From contig NZ_JAVTWC010000028.1 of the NCBI RefSeq assembly GCF_032229445.1, forward strand, positions 31,149-95,148: 64,000 nucleotides of DNA, in the 5' to 3' direction. Positions within the stretch are counted from its first letter, which is position 1. Each line of letters begins with the position of its first letter. Under the pieces are notes generated by a model that saw nothing but the letters and a program-made list of their open reading frames with translations, was not told where the DNA came from and did no database searches. Shown here piece by piece: positions 17,472-26,108 of the stretch. This DNA comes from Tahibacter sp. (lineage in GTDB: Bacteria > Pseudomonadota > Gammaproteobacteria > Xanthomonadales > Rhodanobacteraceae). Made by a program: the position numbers and the translations under genes.

Positions 17472-18012
17472 AACCTGGCCACACTCCGCGGGCGCGGCTG
17501 CCATGACGCTGCCGCGACTGAGCCTCGATGCCATCGTCGCCGAGCACGGCGCCGCCATCGCGCGCATCACCGCCGCGTTCGAGGCCAACGCCGCGCGCCG
17601 CGATGAGCTGGGTCAGGAAATCCTGCTCGCGATCTGGCAGAGCCTGCCGCGCTTCCGCGGCGATGCCACCCTGAAGACCTTCGTCCTGCGCATTGCCCAC
17701 AGCCGCGCCGTCGATCACGCGCTTCAGGCTCGTCGCGACCTCGCCCGCGACGAGGTGCCGCCGGACCTGCCCGATCCCCAGCGTGGCCCCGAGCACCGTG
17801 CGAGCCTGCAGCAGCGCGGCGAGCGCCTTGCCCACGTCGTGCGCCGTCTGCCGCTGGCCCAGCGCCAACTCGTCACGCTCGCACTGGAAGGCCTCTCGCA
17901 TGAGGAAATCGGCGGCATGCTGGGCATCTCGGCCGGCAACGTCGCCGTCCGCCTGACTCGCGCAAGAAAATACCTTTCGCAGCAAATGGGAGACACCCAT
18001 GAATCCCGATGA
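17464..18012 (+). CDS. ECF-type RNA polymerase sigma factor
   Basis: 182 aa. Region 2 (EILLAIWQSLPRFRGDATLKTFVLRIAHSRAVD) and region 4 HTH (LSHEEIGGMLGISAGNVAVRLTRARKYL) are present. It overlaps the permease stop by 8 nt. An alternative start is ATG 17503. Confidence 0.85.
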   Translation: MYETWPHSAGAAAMTLPRLSLDAIVAEHGAAIARITAAFEANAARRDELGQEILLAIWQSLPRFRGDATLKTFVLRIAHSRAVDHALQARRDLARDEVPPDLPDPQRGPEHRASLQQRGERLAHVVRRLPLAQRQLVTLALEGLSHEEIGGMLGISAGNVAVRLTRARKYLSQQMGDTHESR

Positions 18013-18574
18013 CGACTGGAGCGCGCTCGCGTCGGCCTGGCGCGCGCAGCCCATCGACCTGGAGTCGCTGCAGCGAGCGTCGCTGCGCCGGGCCCGCCGC
18101 ATGCGGCTGATGATGGCGCTGGACGTCGCGCTGGCGCTGCTCGCCGTCGCGCTTGCGGCGCGCCTGTACCTGAGCGGCGCGGACTTCTGGCCACGCGTCG
18201 GCATCGGTATCGGCATCGCTGCACTGGCCGCATCGGTGCTGATCAACTACCGCCTGCGCCGCGGCCTGTGGCATGCGGCCAATGACTCCGTCGCCGCGCT
18301 GCTGAAGCTGCAGCGCGAGCGCCGGCGCAACGCGATCCGCATGGTGCTGTGGGGGCCACTGTTCCTGCCGCTGGGCCTGATCAGCGGCCTGCTGATCAGT
18401 CGCGGCCCGGCGCCGGTGGTCACGTCGCTGGGTTGGCCGCTGTGGCTACGCCTCGCGCTGGCGGCGGCACTCGTCGTCGCGCTATGCGTCGGATCGGTGC
18501 TGTACGTTCGTCGCCAGCGGCGCCTGATTGCCGCAATCGACGAGCATCTGGCGCTGATGGACAGGTCGGACTGA
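17999..18574 (+). CDS. Membrane protein, putative cognate anti-sigma factor
   Basis: 191 aa. It overlaps the sigma gene by 14 nt. A short cytoplasmic N-terminus is followed by about 4 TM helices. The role is assigned only by position after an ECF sigma gene. Confidence 0.5.
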   Translation: MNPDDDWSALASAWRAQPIDLESLQRASLRRARRMRLMMALDVALALLAVALAARLYLSGADFWPRVGIGIGIAALAASVLINYRLRRGLWHAANDSVAALLKLQRERRRNAIRMVLWGPLFLPLGLISGLLISRGPAPVVTSLGWPLWLRLALAAALVVALCVGSVLYVRRQRRLIAAIDEHLALMDRSD

Positions 18575-18769
18575 CGGCCCACGACGGCGCTTCCGGCGAA
18601 CAGGCCGTGCCTCCCGCGACCAGCCGTCGCACGCGGGCCGCCGGCACGCCGCGCGGAAGACTGTGACGCGATCGACGCTGCGACTGTGGCCGCGGCTATG
18701 CATTGCGGGCGCGCAAGACCGGATAATTCGCGTTGCCGGCGGCGTCGCCGGCGTTCCCGGTCCGGCCGC

Positions 18770-19336
18770 ATGCTCGCTTCGTCCCCGCACCAGATCACCC
18801 AGCTTCTGCGCGCCTGGCAGTCCGGTGACGGGGGCGCGCGCGAATCGCTTCTCAACCTCGTCTATCACCAGGTGCGCGCGATTGCGGCCAACTCGCTGCG
18901 CGGCGCGCCCGGCGCGACCCTCACCCCGACCGAGATCGCGCACGAAGCGCTGCTGCGCATCCTCGGAGCGGATGCGGACTGGCAGGACCGACGCCATTTT
19001 TTCCATGTGATCGCGCAGGCGACGCGCCAGATCCTCGTCGATGCCGCGCGCCGCCGCTACACCGACAAGCGCGGCGGCGGTATCGAACGCGTCGACATCG
19101 ACGATGCCGCCGACCAGATCGCGAACACCGAAGCCGACGCGCAACTGTTGCGCGTGGACGCCGCATTGGCCGAACTGGGCCGCACGGACGCCCGGCGCGC
19201 GCGCACGGTAGAACTTGTATATTTTGGCGGATTTTCGCGTGCCGAGATCGCGGCCACGCTGGCGGTGTCCGAAGGTACCGTGGACCGCGACCTGCGTCTG
19301 GCACGCGCCTGGCTCAAGCTCGCGATCGAAGCCTGA
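18770..19336 (+). CDS. ECF-like sigma factor, Sigma70_ECF (TIGR02999/PF07638-type)
   Basis: 188 aa from ATG 18770. The N-terminus ITQLLRAWQSGDGGARESLLNLVYHQVRAIA is typical of this family. C-terminal HTH: GFSRAEIAATLAVSEGTVDRDLRLARAWL. Confidence 0.8.
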   Translation: MLASSPHQITQLLRAWQSGDGGARESLLNLVYHQVRAIAANSLRGAPGATLTPTEIAHEALLRILGADADWQDRRHFFHVIAQATRQILVDAARRRYTDKRGGGIERVDIDDAADQIANTEADAQLLRVDAALAELGRTDARRARTVELVYFGGFSRAEIAATLAVSEGTVDRDLRLARAWLKLAIEA

Positions 19337-19448
19337 CAGGATGCTCGGCCCGCCCGGGTCCTCGCGCCTATCCTCGGCTACGCCACGCGCGCGGGCCACC
19401 GCACATTCCACGAGTCCCTCGGCCAACGTGCCAACCGATGCTTGCCCA

Positions 19449-19619
19449 CCTTTCTCACACCCCTTCTACTGCAGCCGCCGATACGCTCGCCCTGACGCGC
19501 GCTGCTCTCCCTCGTGCCTGCTCGACGTAGTGTCGACTACGCCTTCGCCGTCATTGAAGTCCGCGGCGCGCATCAGGACGGCGCCTCGACGGCCTCGCTA
19601 CGAACGGGTGTGAGAAAGG
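19449..19619. repeat. Perfect 14-nt inverted repeat pair separated by 143 nt
   Basis: CCTTTCTCACACCC (19449..19462) and GGGTGTGAGAAAGG (19606..19619), in the 366-nt spacer between the ECF sigma gene and the next gene. Confidence 0.6.
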
Positions 19620-19702
19620 CGGGTTGACCCGTGCGTTCGCTCATTCGGGTTTCCGGCACGTTTCCACGTAGCAGGTGGTAGTGCCCACCGCTGGAGATAC
19701 CG

Positions 19703-20419
19703 ATGCCGTACCGTACCCTTGCCGTCGCGCTGGCCGCGACGCTGCTGCTATGCACCGGGCCGGCGACGGCCGCGGCGCCCGCACCGAACACGGTGCTGTC
19801 CTGGTTCGACGGGGTTCCGAACTTCAACATCGGATCGAACGTCGAGTGCATCACGCAGAACATAGAGCCGACGGTTGCCGGCTATACCGGCTTCACATAC
19901 CTGCCGCCCAACCGGACTCACGCCGTCGGCGAGGTGTTCTACACCCACCTCGTGCTCAGCCACCCGGGCAATCCCTGCGTCGGCAGCGCCGTCGGCATCG
20001 AGATCGCATTGCCGGCCGGCGTGCAGTTCGCGACGTCGACGGCCAACCCCGCATTCTGCTTCGCGCGCAGCTCGCAGGGACCGACGCTGTACAACCTCGG
20101 TACCGATCCCGCCTACGGCTGCCCGCAGAGCTTTCCGGTCAGCGCGAACGGCCGGCGCGTGGCACCGCCGAACAGCGGCAGCGGGGCCTGGCGCATGGCA
20201 TTCGGCTTCTGGATCGAGATCCTGATTCCGTTGACTGCGACCTCGCCGCAAAGCGGTGCGAACCCTATCGTCTGGACCGTCAACCCGGCAATCGGCCAGT
20301 TCGGCCAGGTCAGCGTCGGGCCGCAGATCAACAACGACGTGATATTCCGCAGTGCCCACGAAGACCAGAATCTGACGCTGGCGCTGTGCACGGTGACGCC
20401 GATCGCCGCGGGTTGTTGA
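19703..20419 (+). CDS. Hypothetical secreted protein (238 aa)
   Basis: ATG with GGAGA 6 nt upstream. Signal peptide MPYRTLAVALAATLLLCTGPATAAAP. Composition is Cys-containing and beta-rich. No family recognised. Confidence 0.6.
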   Translation: MPYRTLAVALAATLLLCTGPATAAAPAPNTVLSWFDGVPNFNIGSNVECITQNIEPTVAGYTGFTYLPPNRTHAVGEVFYTHLVLSHPGNPCVGSAVGIEIALPAGVQFATSTANPAFCFARSSQGPTLYNLGTDPAYGCPQSFPVSANGRRVAPPNSGSGAWRMAFGFWIEILIPLTATSPQSGANPIVWTVNPAIGQFGQVSVGPQINNDVIFRSAHEDQNLTLALCTVTPIAAGC

Positions 20420-20523
20420 GGCCGCCTGCGCACCGATCGCTGGGCGAACGCCGCTATTTGGAACGACTCGCGATTCGCTGCGGCGCAGTGTCGAACGTTT
20501 GAATCAAAGTACGAAAACATTCG

Positions 20524-20553
20524 TTGACAAGCTCCGGCGATGAACCGTAGGCT
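20524..20553 (+). promoter_or_regulatory. Candidate sigma70 promoter for the 20595 gene
   Basis: TTGACA (20524..20529), an 18-nt spacer, then TAGGCT (20548..20553), about 40 nt upstream of ATG 20595. It lies in a locally AT-richer stretch with an imperfect inverted repeat just upstream. Confidence 0.3.
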
Positions 20554-20594
20554 GTCCCCCGCCGAGAACATTTCGGTGTTCAGGGGGACCCGCC

Positions 20595-21089
20595 ATGTTT
20601 CATCTCCGCTTCGTGCTGCCGCTCATGCTTGCCCTGCTTGTGCCGGCACTGTCGTTCGCCAAGGATCAGAAACGTTCGATCGTCGATCCGGCCGACAAAC
20701 AGCAGTTCGCCGACCAGGCCGCCGCGATACGCGATGCGATGAAACCCGGCGGCCGCTTCCAGTACCTGACCGTGGAGGAACGAAAAGCGGTCAACGAACA
20801 TTTCGATGCGATCGCCGCGATGCTCGAACGGCGCGAGACGGAACGCTTCGGCAGCGACGAACAACTCGACCTGCTTCAGGCGCAGGAAAACGCCAACGCG
20901 ATTTTGACCCGACGCGACGGCGACCGCCTGATCTGCGAAAGGCGCGCGCCGACGGGCTCGAACTTCAAGATCAAGAAATGCGTGACCTATACCGAGCACA
21001 TGAAGTCGCGCGACGAGACTCAGCAAACCTTCTCTGACCAGATACGCCGGACGCCGGCCGATTTCTGCAACATTCCCGGGAAGTGCTGA
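20595..21089 (+). CDS. Small secreted protein, paralog 1 (164 aa)
   Basis: Signal peptide MFHLRFVLPLMLALLVPALSFA. Shares DQAAAIR..MKPGGRF and RLICE-x2-APTGSN-x-K-[IV]-K-x-CVTY with the next gene. Confidence 0.65.
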   Translation: MFHLRFVLPLMLALLVPALSFAKDQKRSIVDPADKQQFADQAAAIRDAMKPGGRFQYLTVEERKAVNEHFDAIAAMLERRETERFGSDEQLDLLQAQENANAILTRRDGDRLICERRAPTGSNFKIKKCVTYTEHMKSRDETQQTFSDQIRRTPADFCNIPGKC

Positions 21090-21099
21090 AAACCCAATG

Positions 21100-21117
21100 C
21101 CGCGGCGATCGCCGCGG
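21100..21117. terminator. Perfect 18-nt palindrome just after paralog 1 (hairpin; possible attenuating terminator)
   Basis: CCGCGGCGATCGCCGCGG begins 11 nt after the stop at 21089. There is no U-tract. Confidence 0.3.
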
Positions 21118-21243
21118 GACTGCATGACGTGGCCGCAAGGCCAACGCCTTTGGATACCCAAGTCCTGAAACCCCGTCCGGGATCCTGTTCCGGCCCGGCG
21201 GCCCGTGCGTGCCCAACGCCGTTCCTCCACGGAGACCATCGCC

Positions 21244-21738
21244 ATGAAACTGCCACGAACCCTGTTGCTGCTGAGCCTGTCCCTGTTGCTGCCGTCGCTG
21301 GCAGCCGGCGCCAAAGACAACTCGGAACGCTTCGTCGATGTCGAAAAGCAGCAGAAATTCGACGACCAGGCCGCCGCCATACGACAGCAGATGAAGCCCG
21401 GCGGACGCTTCGAATTCACCACGCCGGAGGAACGCCGGCAGGTCGACGAACAACTCGCGACCATCACGGCGCTGCTGCAGAAACGCAGCGGCAGCAGCCT
21501 CGACGACGACGACCAGCTCGATATCTACGCGGCCCAGGAAACCGCCAACGCGATCCTGACCCAGCGTGACGGCCGACGCCTGATCTGCGAGTTCTCCGCG
21601 CCGACCGGCTCCAACCGCAAGGTCAAGCAGTGCGTCACCTACGCCGACCGCGTGAAGGCGCACAAGGAATCGCGTAATTACCTGCGCGAAACGATGGGCA
21701 AGAGTCCCAGCGCCGGCGAAAAGATCGACGGTCTGTAG
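21244..21738 (+). CDS. Small secreted protein, paralog 2 (164 aa)
   Basis: From internal ATG 21244: MKLPRTLLLLSLSLLLPSLAAGA. Roughly 45-50% identical by eye to paralog 1, including the Cys motif. Confidence 0.65.
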   Translation: MKLPRTLLLLSLSLLLPSLAAGAKDNSERFVDVEKQQKFDDQAAAIRQQMKPGGRFEFTTPEERRQVDEQLATITALLQKRSGSSLDDDDQLDIYAAQETANAILTQRDGRRLICEFSAPTGSNRKVKQCVTYADRVKAHKESRNYLRETMGKSPSAGEKIDGL

Positions 21739-21779
21739 CCGAATGCCGAGAAGCCGTCACCGGATCCGCCGACGACTCC

Positions 21780-21813
21780 GCGGGAATCGATTGCGCGGTG
21801 GATCGATTCCCGC
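21780..21813. terminator. 12-bp perfect stem hairpin between convergent genes
   Basis: GCGGGAATCGAT-tgcgcggtgg-ATCGATTCCCGC. It could terminate either convergent transcript. No clear U-tract. Confidence 0.5.
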
Positions 21814-22007
21814 AGGACACGCGCAGGCACTACCTGCACCGCTCGATCGGAAAGAGGCCTGACGCCTCTGCCGGCAACCCGCCAGGGGCCAAACGCACCG
21901 CGCACCGCGGGGTCCTTGCGCGCGGCCACGGAAGGCCGCGCATCTGGCGTGCCGTGAGGGTTCGATCGAGTCCGTAGCGCTGCTTCCAACACTACGCAGC
22001 AACGAGC

Positions 22008-23174
22008 CTACTGCTCCAGATCGTCGCGGAACAGCAGATCGGGAACATGCATGACAATGCAGTGGATCGCGCCGGCCGACCCGATGATCCCGCTGCAATC
22101 GACACCGACGACACTGCGTTCGGGCAGCGCCGACTGGAACGTCGCCAGCGCCGCCGCGTTCTGCGTGGGATAGCCATTGAACTGGCAGACCAGGGCGACC
22201 TTGTTCAGCAGCACGGCATTCGCATAGGTGTAATGCGCGCCGCCACTGCGCCAGGCCGGCGTACGGTAGACCGTGTAGCCGCGGCCCGCCATCTGCGCGG
22301 CCGTATCCTCGGTCACCGTGTAGGGCACGCCGTCGGTGCTGGCGTGCTGGCTGATCAGCACCTTGCCGTCGGCCAGCGGCAGCATCCACATGTCGATGTG
22401 CTGGGTCGAATCGTAGCTGGCCGGAAACGGGTCGGTCAGGGTCAGATCGAGTCCCTGGTAGTCGCGGTAGTAGTCCTTGATCTGCTGTTCGCTCAGACCC
22501 GGGTTTTCGTTGGCGATGAGCCGGGTCATGAATGCGTCGCGATTGCGGAACAAGTGGAAATTGCCGCCACCATGGGTCAGCGGGATGTCATATTTCGGCT
22601 CGCCGGAATAGGTCGCCCAGACCGATGGAAACGCATCGTCGACCGGGCGCGGCCGGTTATAGACGTGATCCACCGCGCCGCGCCGGCCGTTGCTCTCGAT
22701 GAAACGCGGGCCGTAGTCACGCATCCAGACGCTGCAACCGCTGCTGCAGGCCTGGCTGACGAACCGCACCTGGTCCATGTCGGCGCCGGCGCCGGCCAAC
22801 GTCGCGGCGGCGCTGTTCTGCTGGCTGGTGCCCGTAGTGACGATGTAGACCACCGCGTCGCTGTCGCCGGTCGTGATCGCCACGGTCATCTGCGTCAGCA
22901 GCGCATTCTGCGAGCCCCAGCGCACGAGAATGCCGCTGTTGTCCTCGTACTCGGCCTGGGCGCGTACGCGGCCGGGCGGCGGCGCATACGGCAGGCGGGA
23001 CGTATCCGGCAGGCGCCAGTGATTGCGCTCCTCGGTACTGAGGCCACGCGGCAACGGATACGGGTCGTCATCCTGGATCAACGCAAGCACCTCGGGCGCC
23101 ACGGTGCGCGGCTGCGCCGCGGCCGTGGTTGTGATCGCGGCCAGCAGTCCGGCCAATCCCAGCAGTAGACGCAT
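22008..23174 (-). CDS. Secreted agmatine deiminase/porphyromonas-type peptidyl-arginine deiminase family protein
   Basis: 388 aa. Signal peptide [22 protein letters not shown]. Family features include [14 protein letters not shown] and the C-terminal catalytic Cys context [11 protein letters not shown]. Confidence 0.8.
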   Translation of the reverse strand: MRLLLGLAGLLAAITTTAAAQPRTVAPEVLALIQDDDPYPLPRGLSTEERNHWRLPDTSRLPYAPPPGRVRAQAEYEDNSGILVRWGSQNALLTQMTVAITTGDSDAVVYIVTTGTSQQNSAAATLAGAGADMDQVRFVSQACSSGCSVWMRDYGPRFIESNGRRGAVDHVYNRPRPVDDAFPSVWATYSGEPKYDIPLTHGGGNFHLFRNRDAFMTRLIANENPGLSEQQIKDYYRDYQGLDLTLTDPFPASYDSTQHIDMWMLPLADGKVLISQHASTDGVPYTVTEDTAAQMAGRGYTVYRTPAWRSGGAHYTYANAVLLNKVALVCQFNGYPTQNAAALATFQSALPERSVVGVDCSGIIGSAGAIHCIVMHVPDLLFRDDLEQ

Positions 23175-23291
23175 CGTTTCCCCCCGACATCGCGCAAAGC
23201 GCGCAGCTTAGCAGAGGCCGGCGCCCGGGCCGGTTTGGGACCGGAGCCTCGATGCCGCACAATCAGCGTCTTTCCCTATCGCGAGACCGCC

Positions 23292-24485
23292 ATGGACTAC
23301 GCCGCCCGCGCCCGACTGAACACCGAACTCGATGCCATCCGCGAACAGGGCCTGTACAAGACCGAGCGCATCATCACCACGCCGCAGTCCTCGGCGATCG
23401 CGACCAGCGACGGCCGCGAAGTACTGAACTTCTGTGCCAACAACTATCTGGGCCTGGCCGACAACGCCGAGATCATCGCCGCCGCGAAGGCCGCGCTCGA
23501 CAGCCATGGTTTCGGCCTCGCCTCGGTGCGCTTCATCTGTGGCACGCAGGACCTGCACAAGCAGCTCGAGGCCACGATCTCGCGCTTCTTCGGCACCGAC
23601 GACACCATCCTCTACACGAGCTGCTTCGATGCCAACGGCGGCCTGTTCGAAACCATCCTCTCCGACGAGGACGCGGTCATCTCCGACGCGCTGAACCACG
23701 CATCGATCATCGACGGCATCCGTCTGTGCAAGGCCGAACGTCGGCGCTACGCGAACGGCGACATGGCCGAGCTGGAAAAACATCTGATCGAGACCCAGGG
23801 CAAGCGTACCCGCCTGATCGCGACCGATGGCGTGTTCTCGATGGACGGCTATATCGCCAAACTGGACGAGATCGTCACGCTGAAGGAAAAGCACGGCGCC
23901 ATGCTCATGGTCGACGACTCGCACGCGACAGGTTTCGTCGGCGCCACCGGGCGCGGCTCGGCCGAGCTGCACGGCGTGATGGACAAAGTGGACGTGTATA
24001 CCTCGACCCTGGGCAAGGCCCTCGGCGGCGGCTCCGGCGGATTCACGACGGGAAGGCGCGAGATCATCGACCTGCTGCGCCAGCGCTCGCGTCCCTATCT
24101 GTTCTCCAACACCTTGCCACCGCCGCTGGTCGCCGCGTCGCTGAAAGTTTTCGAGATCCTCGATCGTTCGACCGAATTGCGCGACCGCGTCGAAGCAAAT
24201 GCCAACCGCTTCCGTGCCGGCATGAGCGCCGCCGGATTCGATCTGAGGCCCGGCAACCACGCCATCGTGCCGGTCATGCTCTACGACGCGAAGCTGGCTC
24301 AGGCCTTCGCCAGCGAGCTGCTGGCCGAAGGCATCTATGTCATCGGGTTCTTCTACCCGGTCGTGCCGCAGGGCCAGGCGCGCATCCGCACGCAGATGAG
24401 TGCGGCGCACACGCCGGAGCAGATCGACCAGGCCGTCGCCGCATTTACGCGGGTCGGGCGCAAGCTCGGCGTGCTCAAGAACTAG
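23292..24485 (+). CDS. kbl: 2-amino-3-ketobutyrate CoA ligase (glycine C-acetyltransferase)
   Basis: 397 aa from ATG 23292. Class-II aminotransferase fold with [15 protein letters not shown] and the PLP-Lys context [10 protein letters not shown]. Full-length Kbl resemblance. Confidence 0.95.
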   Translation: MDYAARARLNTELDAIREQGLYKTERIITTPQSSAIATSDGREVLNFCANNYLGLADNAEIIAAAKAALDSHGFGLASVRFICGTQDLHKQLEATISRFFGTDDTILYTSCFDANGGLFETILSDEDAVISDALNHASIIDGIRLCKAERRRYANGDMAELEKHLIETQGKRTRLIATDGVFSMDGYIAKLDEIVTLKEKHGAMLMVDDSHATGFVGATGRGSAELHGVMDKVDVYTSTLGKALGGGSGGFTTGRREIIDLLRQRSRPYLFSNTLPPPLVAASLKVFEILDRSTELRDRVEANANRFRAGMSAAGFDLRPGNHAIVPVMLYDAKLAQAFASELLAEGIYVIGFFYPVVPQGQARIRTQMSAAHTPEQIDQAVAAFTRVGRKLGVLKN

Positions 24486-24494
24486 GCCGAATGC

Positions 24495-24773
24495 ATGTCG
24501 ATGCCGAAAGCGATACGTCCGAAACTCAGCTACGACCGCATCAGCCTGCGGAACGCAGGCCTGCAAATGGAGATCTCGGCCACGATCGACGGGATGGTCT
24601 ATCCGCTGCTGCGCATACTCGCCGACGAAGATGACGAGTCGTTCTGGCTGGAGGTACATACCGGCGAGCATCACGTGCAGATCCCGCTGGAGCAGGTGCG
24701 CCGGATGATCGAAGATGCGCCGGGCACCGTCTTTTCCGAAGCGCAATTCGACCGCGAGAATCCGGCGGGGTGA
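24495..24773 (+). CDS. Small acidic hypothetical protein (92 aa)
   Basis: Starts 9 nt after kbl. Composition is protein-like and not Arg/Ala-biased (ILADEDDESFWLEVHTGEHHVQIPLEQVRRMIEDAPG). No family recognised. Confidence 0.45.
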   Translation: MSMPKAIRPKLSYDRISLRNAGLQMEISATIDGMVYPLLRILADEDDESFWLEVHTGEHHVQIPLEQVRRMIEDAPGTVFSEAQFDRENPAG

Positions 24774-24779
24774 CGCGGT

Positions 24780-25556
24780 CTACCCGGCGGGAGGCGCAAG
24801 TGCGGATATTTCGTGCGCGGTCAACAAGCGCCACGCGCCCTTGGCCAGCTCGCCGAGGGCGAGCGTGCCAATCGCCACACGCAGCAGCCGCAGCACCTCA
24901 ACATCGTGCGCCGCGAGCAGGCGCCGGATCTGCCGGTTGCGTCCTTCGTCGAGGACGATCTGCAGCCAGGCGTTTTTCTCGCCTGCGCGCAGCAGGCTCA
25001 CCGATTTCGCGGCAAGGCGCTCGCCCGCATCGTCCACGCCGTCACGCAATCGTGCGAGCAGTTCGGCGTCCGGCAGCTGACCGATCTGCACATGGTAGGT
25101 CTTGTCGACGTGACTCTCCGGCGCCGTGATCCGCGCCGCAGCGGCACTGTCGTTGGTGAACAGCAGCAGGCCTTCGCTGGCCTTGTCGAGCCGTCCCACC
25201 GGTGCAAGCCACGGCAGGCCCGCCGCGTCGATCAGCGCGTAGACCGTGTCGCGTCCTCGCTCGTCGCTGGCCGTAGTCACGTAGCCGCGCGGCTTGTTGA
25301 GCATGATCCAGGTTGCCGCGGCAGCCGCGGTGATCTCCTTGCCGTCGATGCGGATGCGGTCGTCGGACCGCGTCGGCGCTTCCGGATCACGCTCGGTGCG
25401 CTCGTTGAGCTGCACGCGGCCCGCACGCACCAGTTCGGCAGCCTGGCTGCGCGAGCAGTAGCCGCGTTTGGAGATGACGCGCGCCAGCCCGTGGCGTGCG
25501 CCGCCGGTCGATGCGGCCGCGCGGCCAGGCGGAGGTTTGCGGAGGGAACGAATCAT
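24780..25556 (-). CDS. Pseudouridine synthase, RsuA/RluB/E/F family (S4 domain + catalytic domain)
   Basis: 258 aa from ATG 25556 (MIRSLRKPP...). S4-like region LARVISKRGYCSRSQAAELVRAGRVQLN. Catalytic Asp motif VGRLDKASEGLLLFTND, plus GRNRQIRR. Confidence 0.85.
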   Translation of the reverse strand: MIRSLRKPPPGRAAASTGGARHGLARVISKRGYCSRSQAAELVRAGRVQLNERTERDPEAPTRSDDRIRIDGKEITAAAAATWIMLNKPRGYVTTASDERGRDTVYALIDAAGLPWLAPVGRLDKASEGLLLFTNDSAAAARITAPESHVDKTYHVQIGQLPDAELLARLRDGVDDAGERLAAKSVSLLRAGEKNAWLQIVLDEGRNRQIRRLLAAHDVEVLRLLRVAIGTLALGELAKGAWRLLTAHEISALAPPAG

Positions 25557-25658
25557 GCGCACACGCTGCCGTAACACGCCTCTTTCGTCAAAGCCCTCGA
25601 CCCGGCGATGATGGCGTTTCCGCGGCATTTGCCCGCCTGCACAACGACTGGAGATCTC

Positions 25659-26108
25659 ATGTCCGAGCATCGCACCGCACTCGCCTGGCAACGCGGCGAC
25701 AGTCCGTTCGAGCGCGGTAACTACCGGCGCGAACATAGCCTGCGTTTCGAGCGGGGCCAGCAGTTGACCAACTCCGCCGCGCCGGGCTATGGCGGAATCG
25801 GCGACGCGACCGATCCCGAGGAACTGCTGCTCGCGGCGCTGTCGTCGTGTCACATGCTGACTTTCCTGGCCCTGTGCGCAAACCGTGGCTACACGCTCGA
25901 CCGCTATGACGACGACGCTGTCGCGACGCTGGACAAGAACGCCGACGGCAAGTTCGCCGTGACCCTCGCCGTGCTCAGCCCACGCCTACTGTTCAGCGGC
26001 GACAGGATTCCGGACGCGGCCGAAATCGCCACGCTGCACGAGCGCGCGCACGCGAACTGCTTCATTGCGAATTCGATCCGCTGCGAGGTGCAGATCAGGC
26101 CGGAATGA
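25659..26108 (+). CDS. OsmC/Ohr-family peroxiredoxin-like protein
   Basis: 149 aa from ATG 25659 (GGAGA upstream). Two conserved Cys contexts: LLLAALSSCHMLTF and HANCFIANS. Confidence 0.85.
   Translation: MSEHRTALAWQRGDSPFERGNYRREHSLRFERGQQLTNSAAPGYGGIGDATDPEELLLAALSSCHMLTFLALCANRGYTLDRYDDDAVATLDKNADGKFAVTLAVLSPRLLFSGDRIPDAAEIATLHERAHANCFIANSIRCEVQIRPE

Noticed and set aside
19449-19619. Reading the 14-nt inverted repeat pair as terminal inverted repeats of a MITE
   Set aside because: No target-site duplication flanks the arms (left flank TTGCCCA, right flank CGGGTTG), and I see no second copy in this window. The observation is kept as a finding but not called a mobile element.
11100-23290. 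Calling the tdh-kbl intervening block a genomic island or mobile element
   Set aside because: No integrase, transposase, tRNA/tmRNA attachment site, flanking direct repeats or phage/conjugation genes. By eye the GC content is similar to the surroundings, apart from short spacers.
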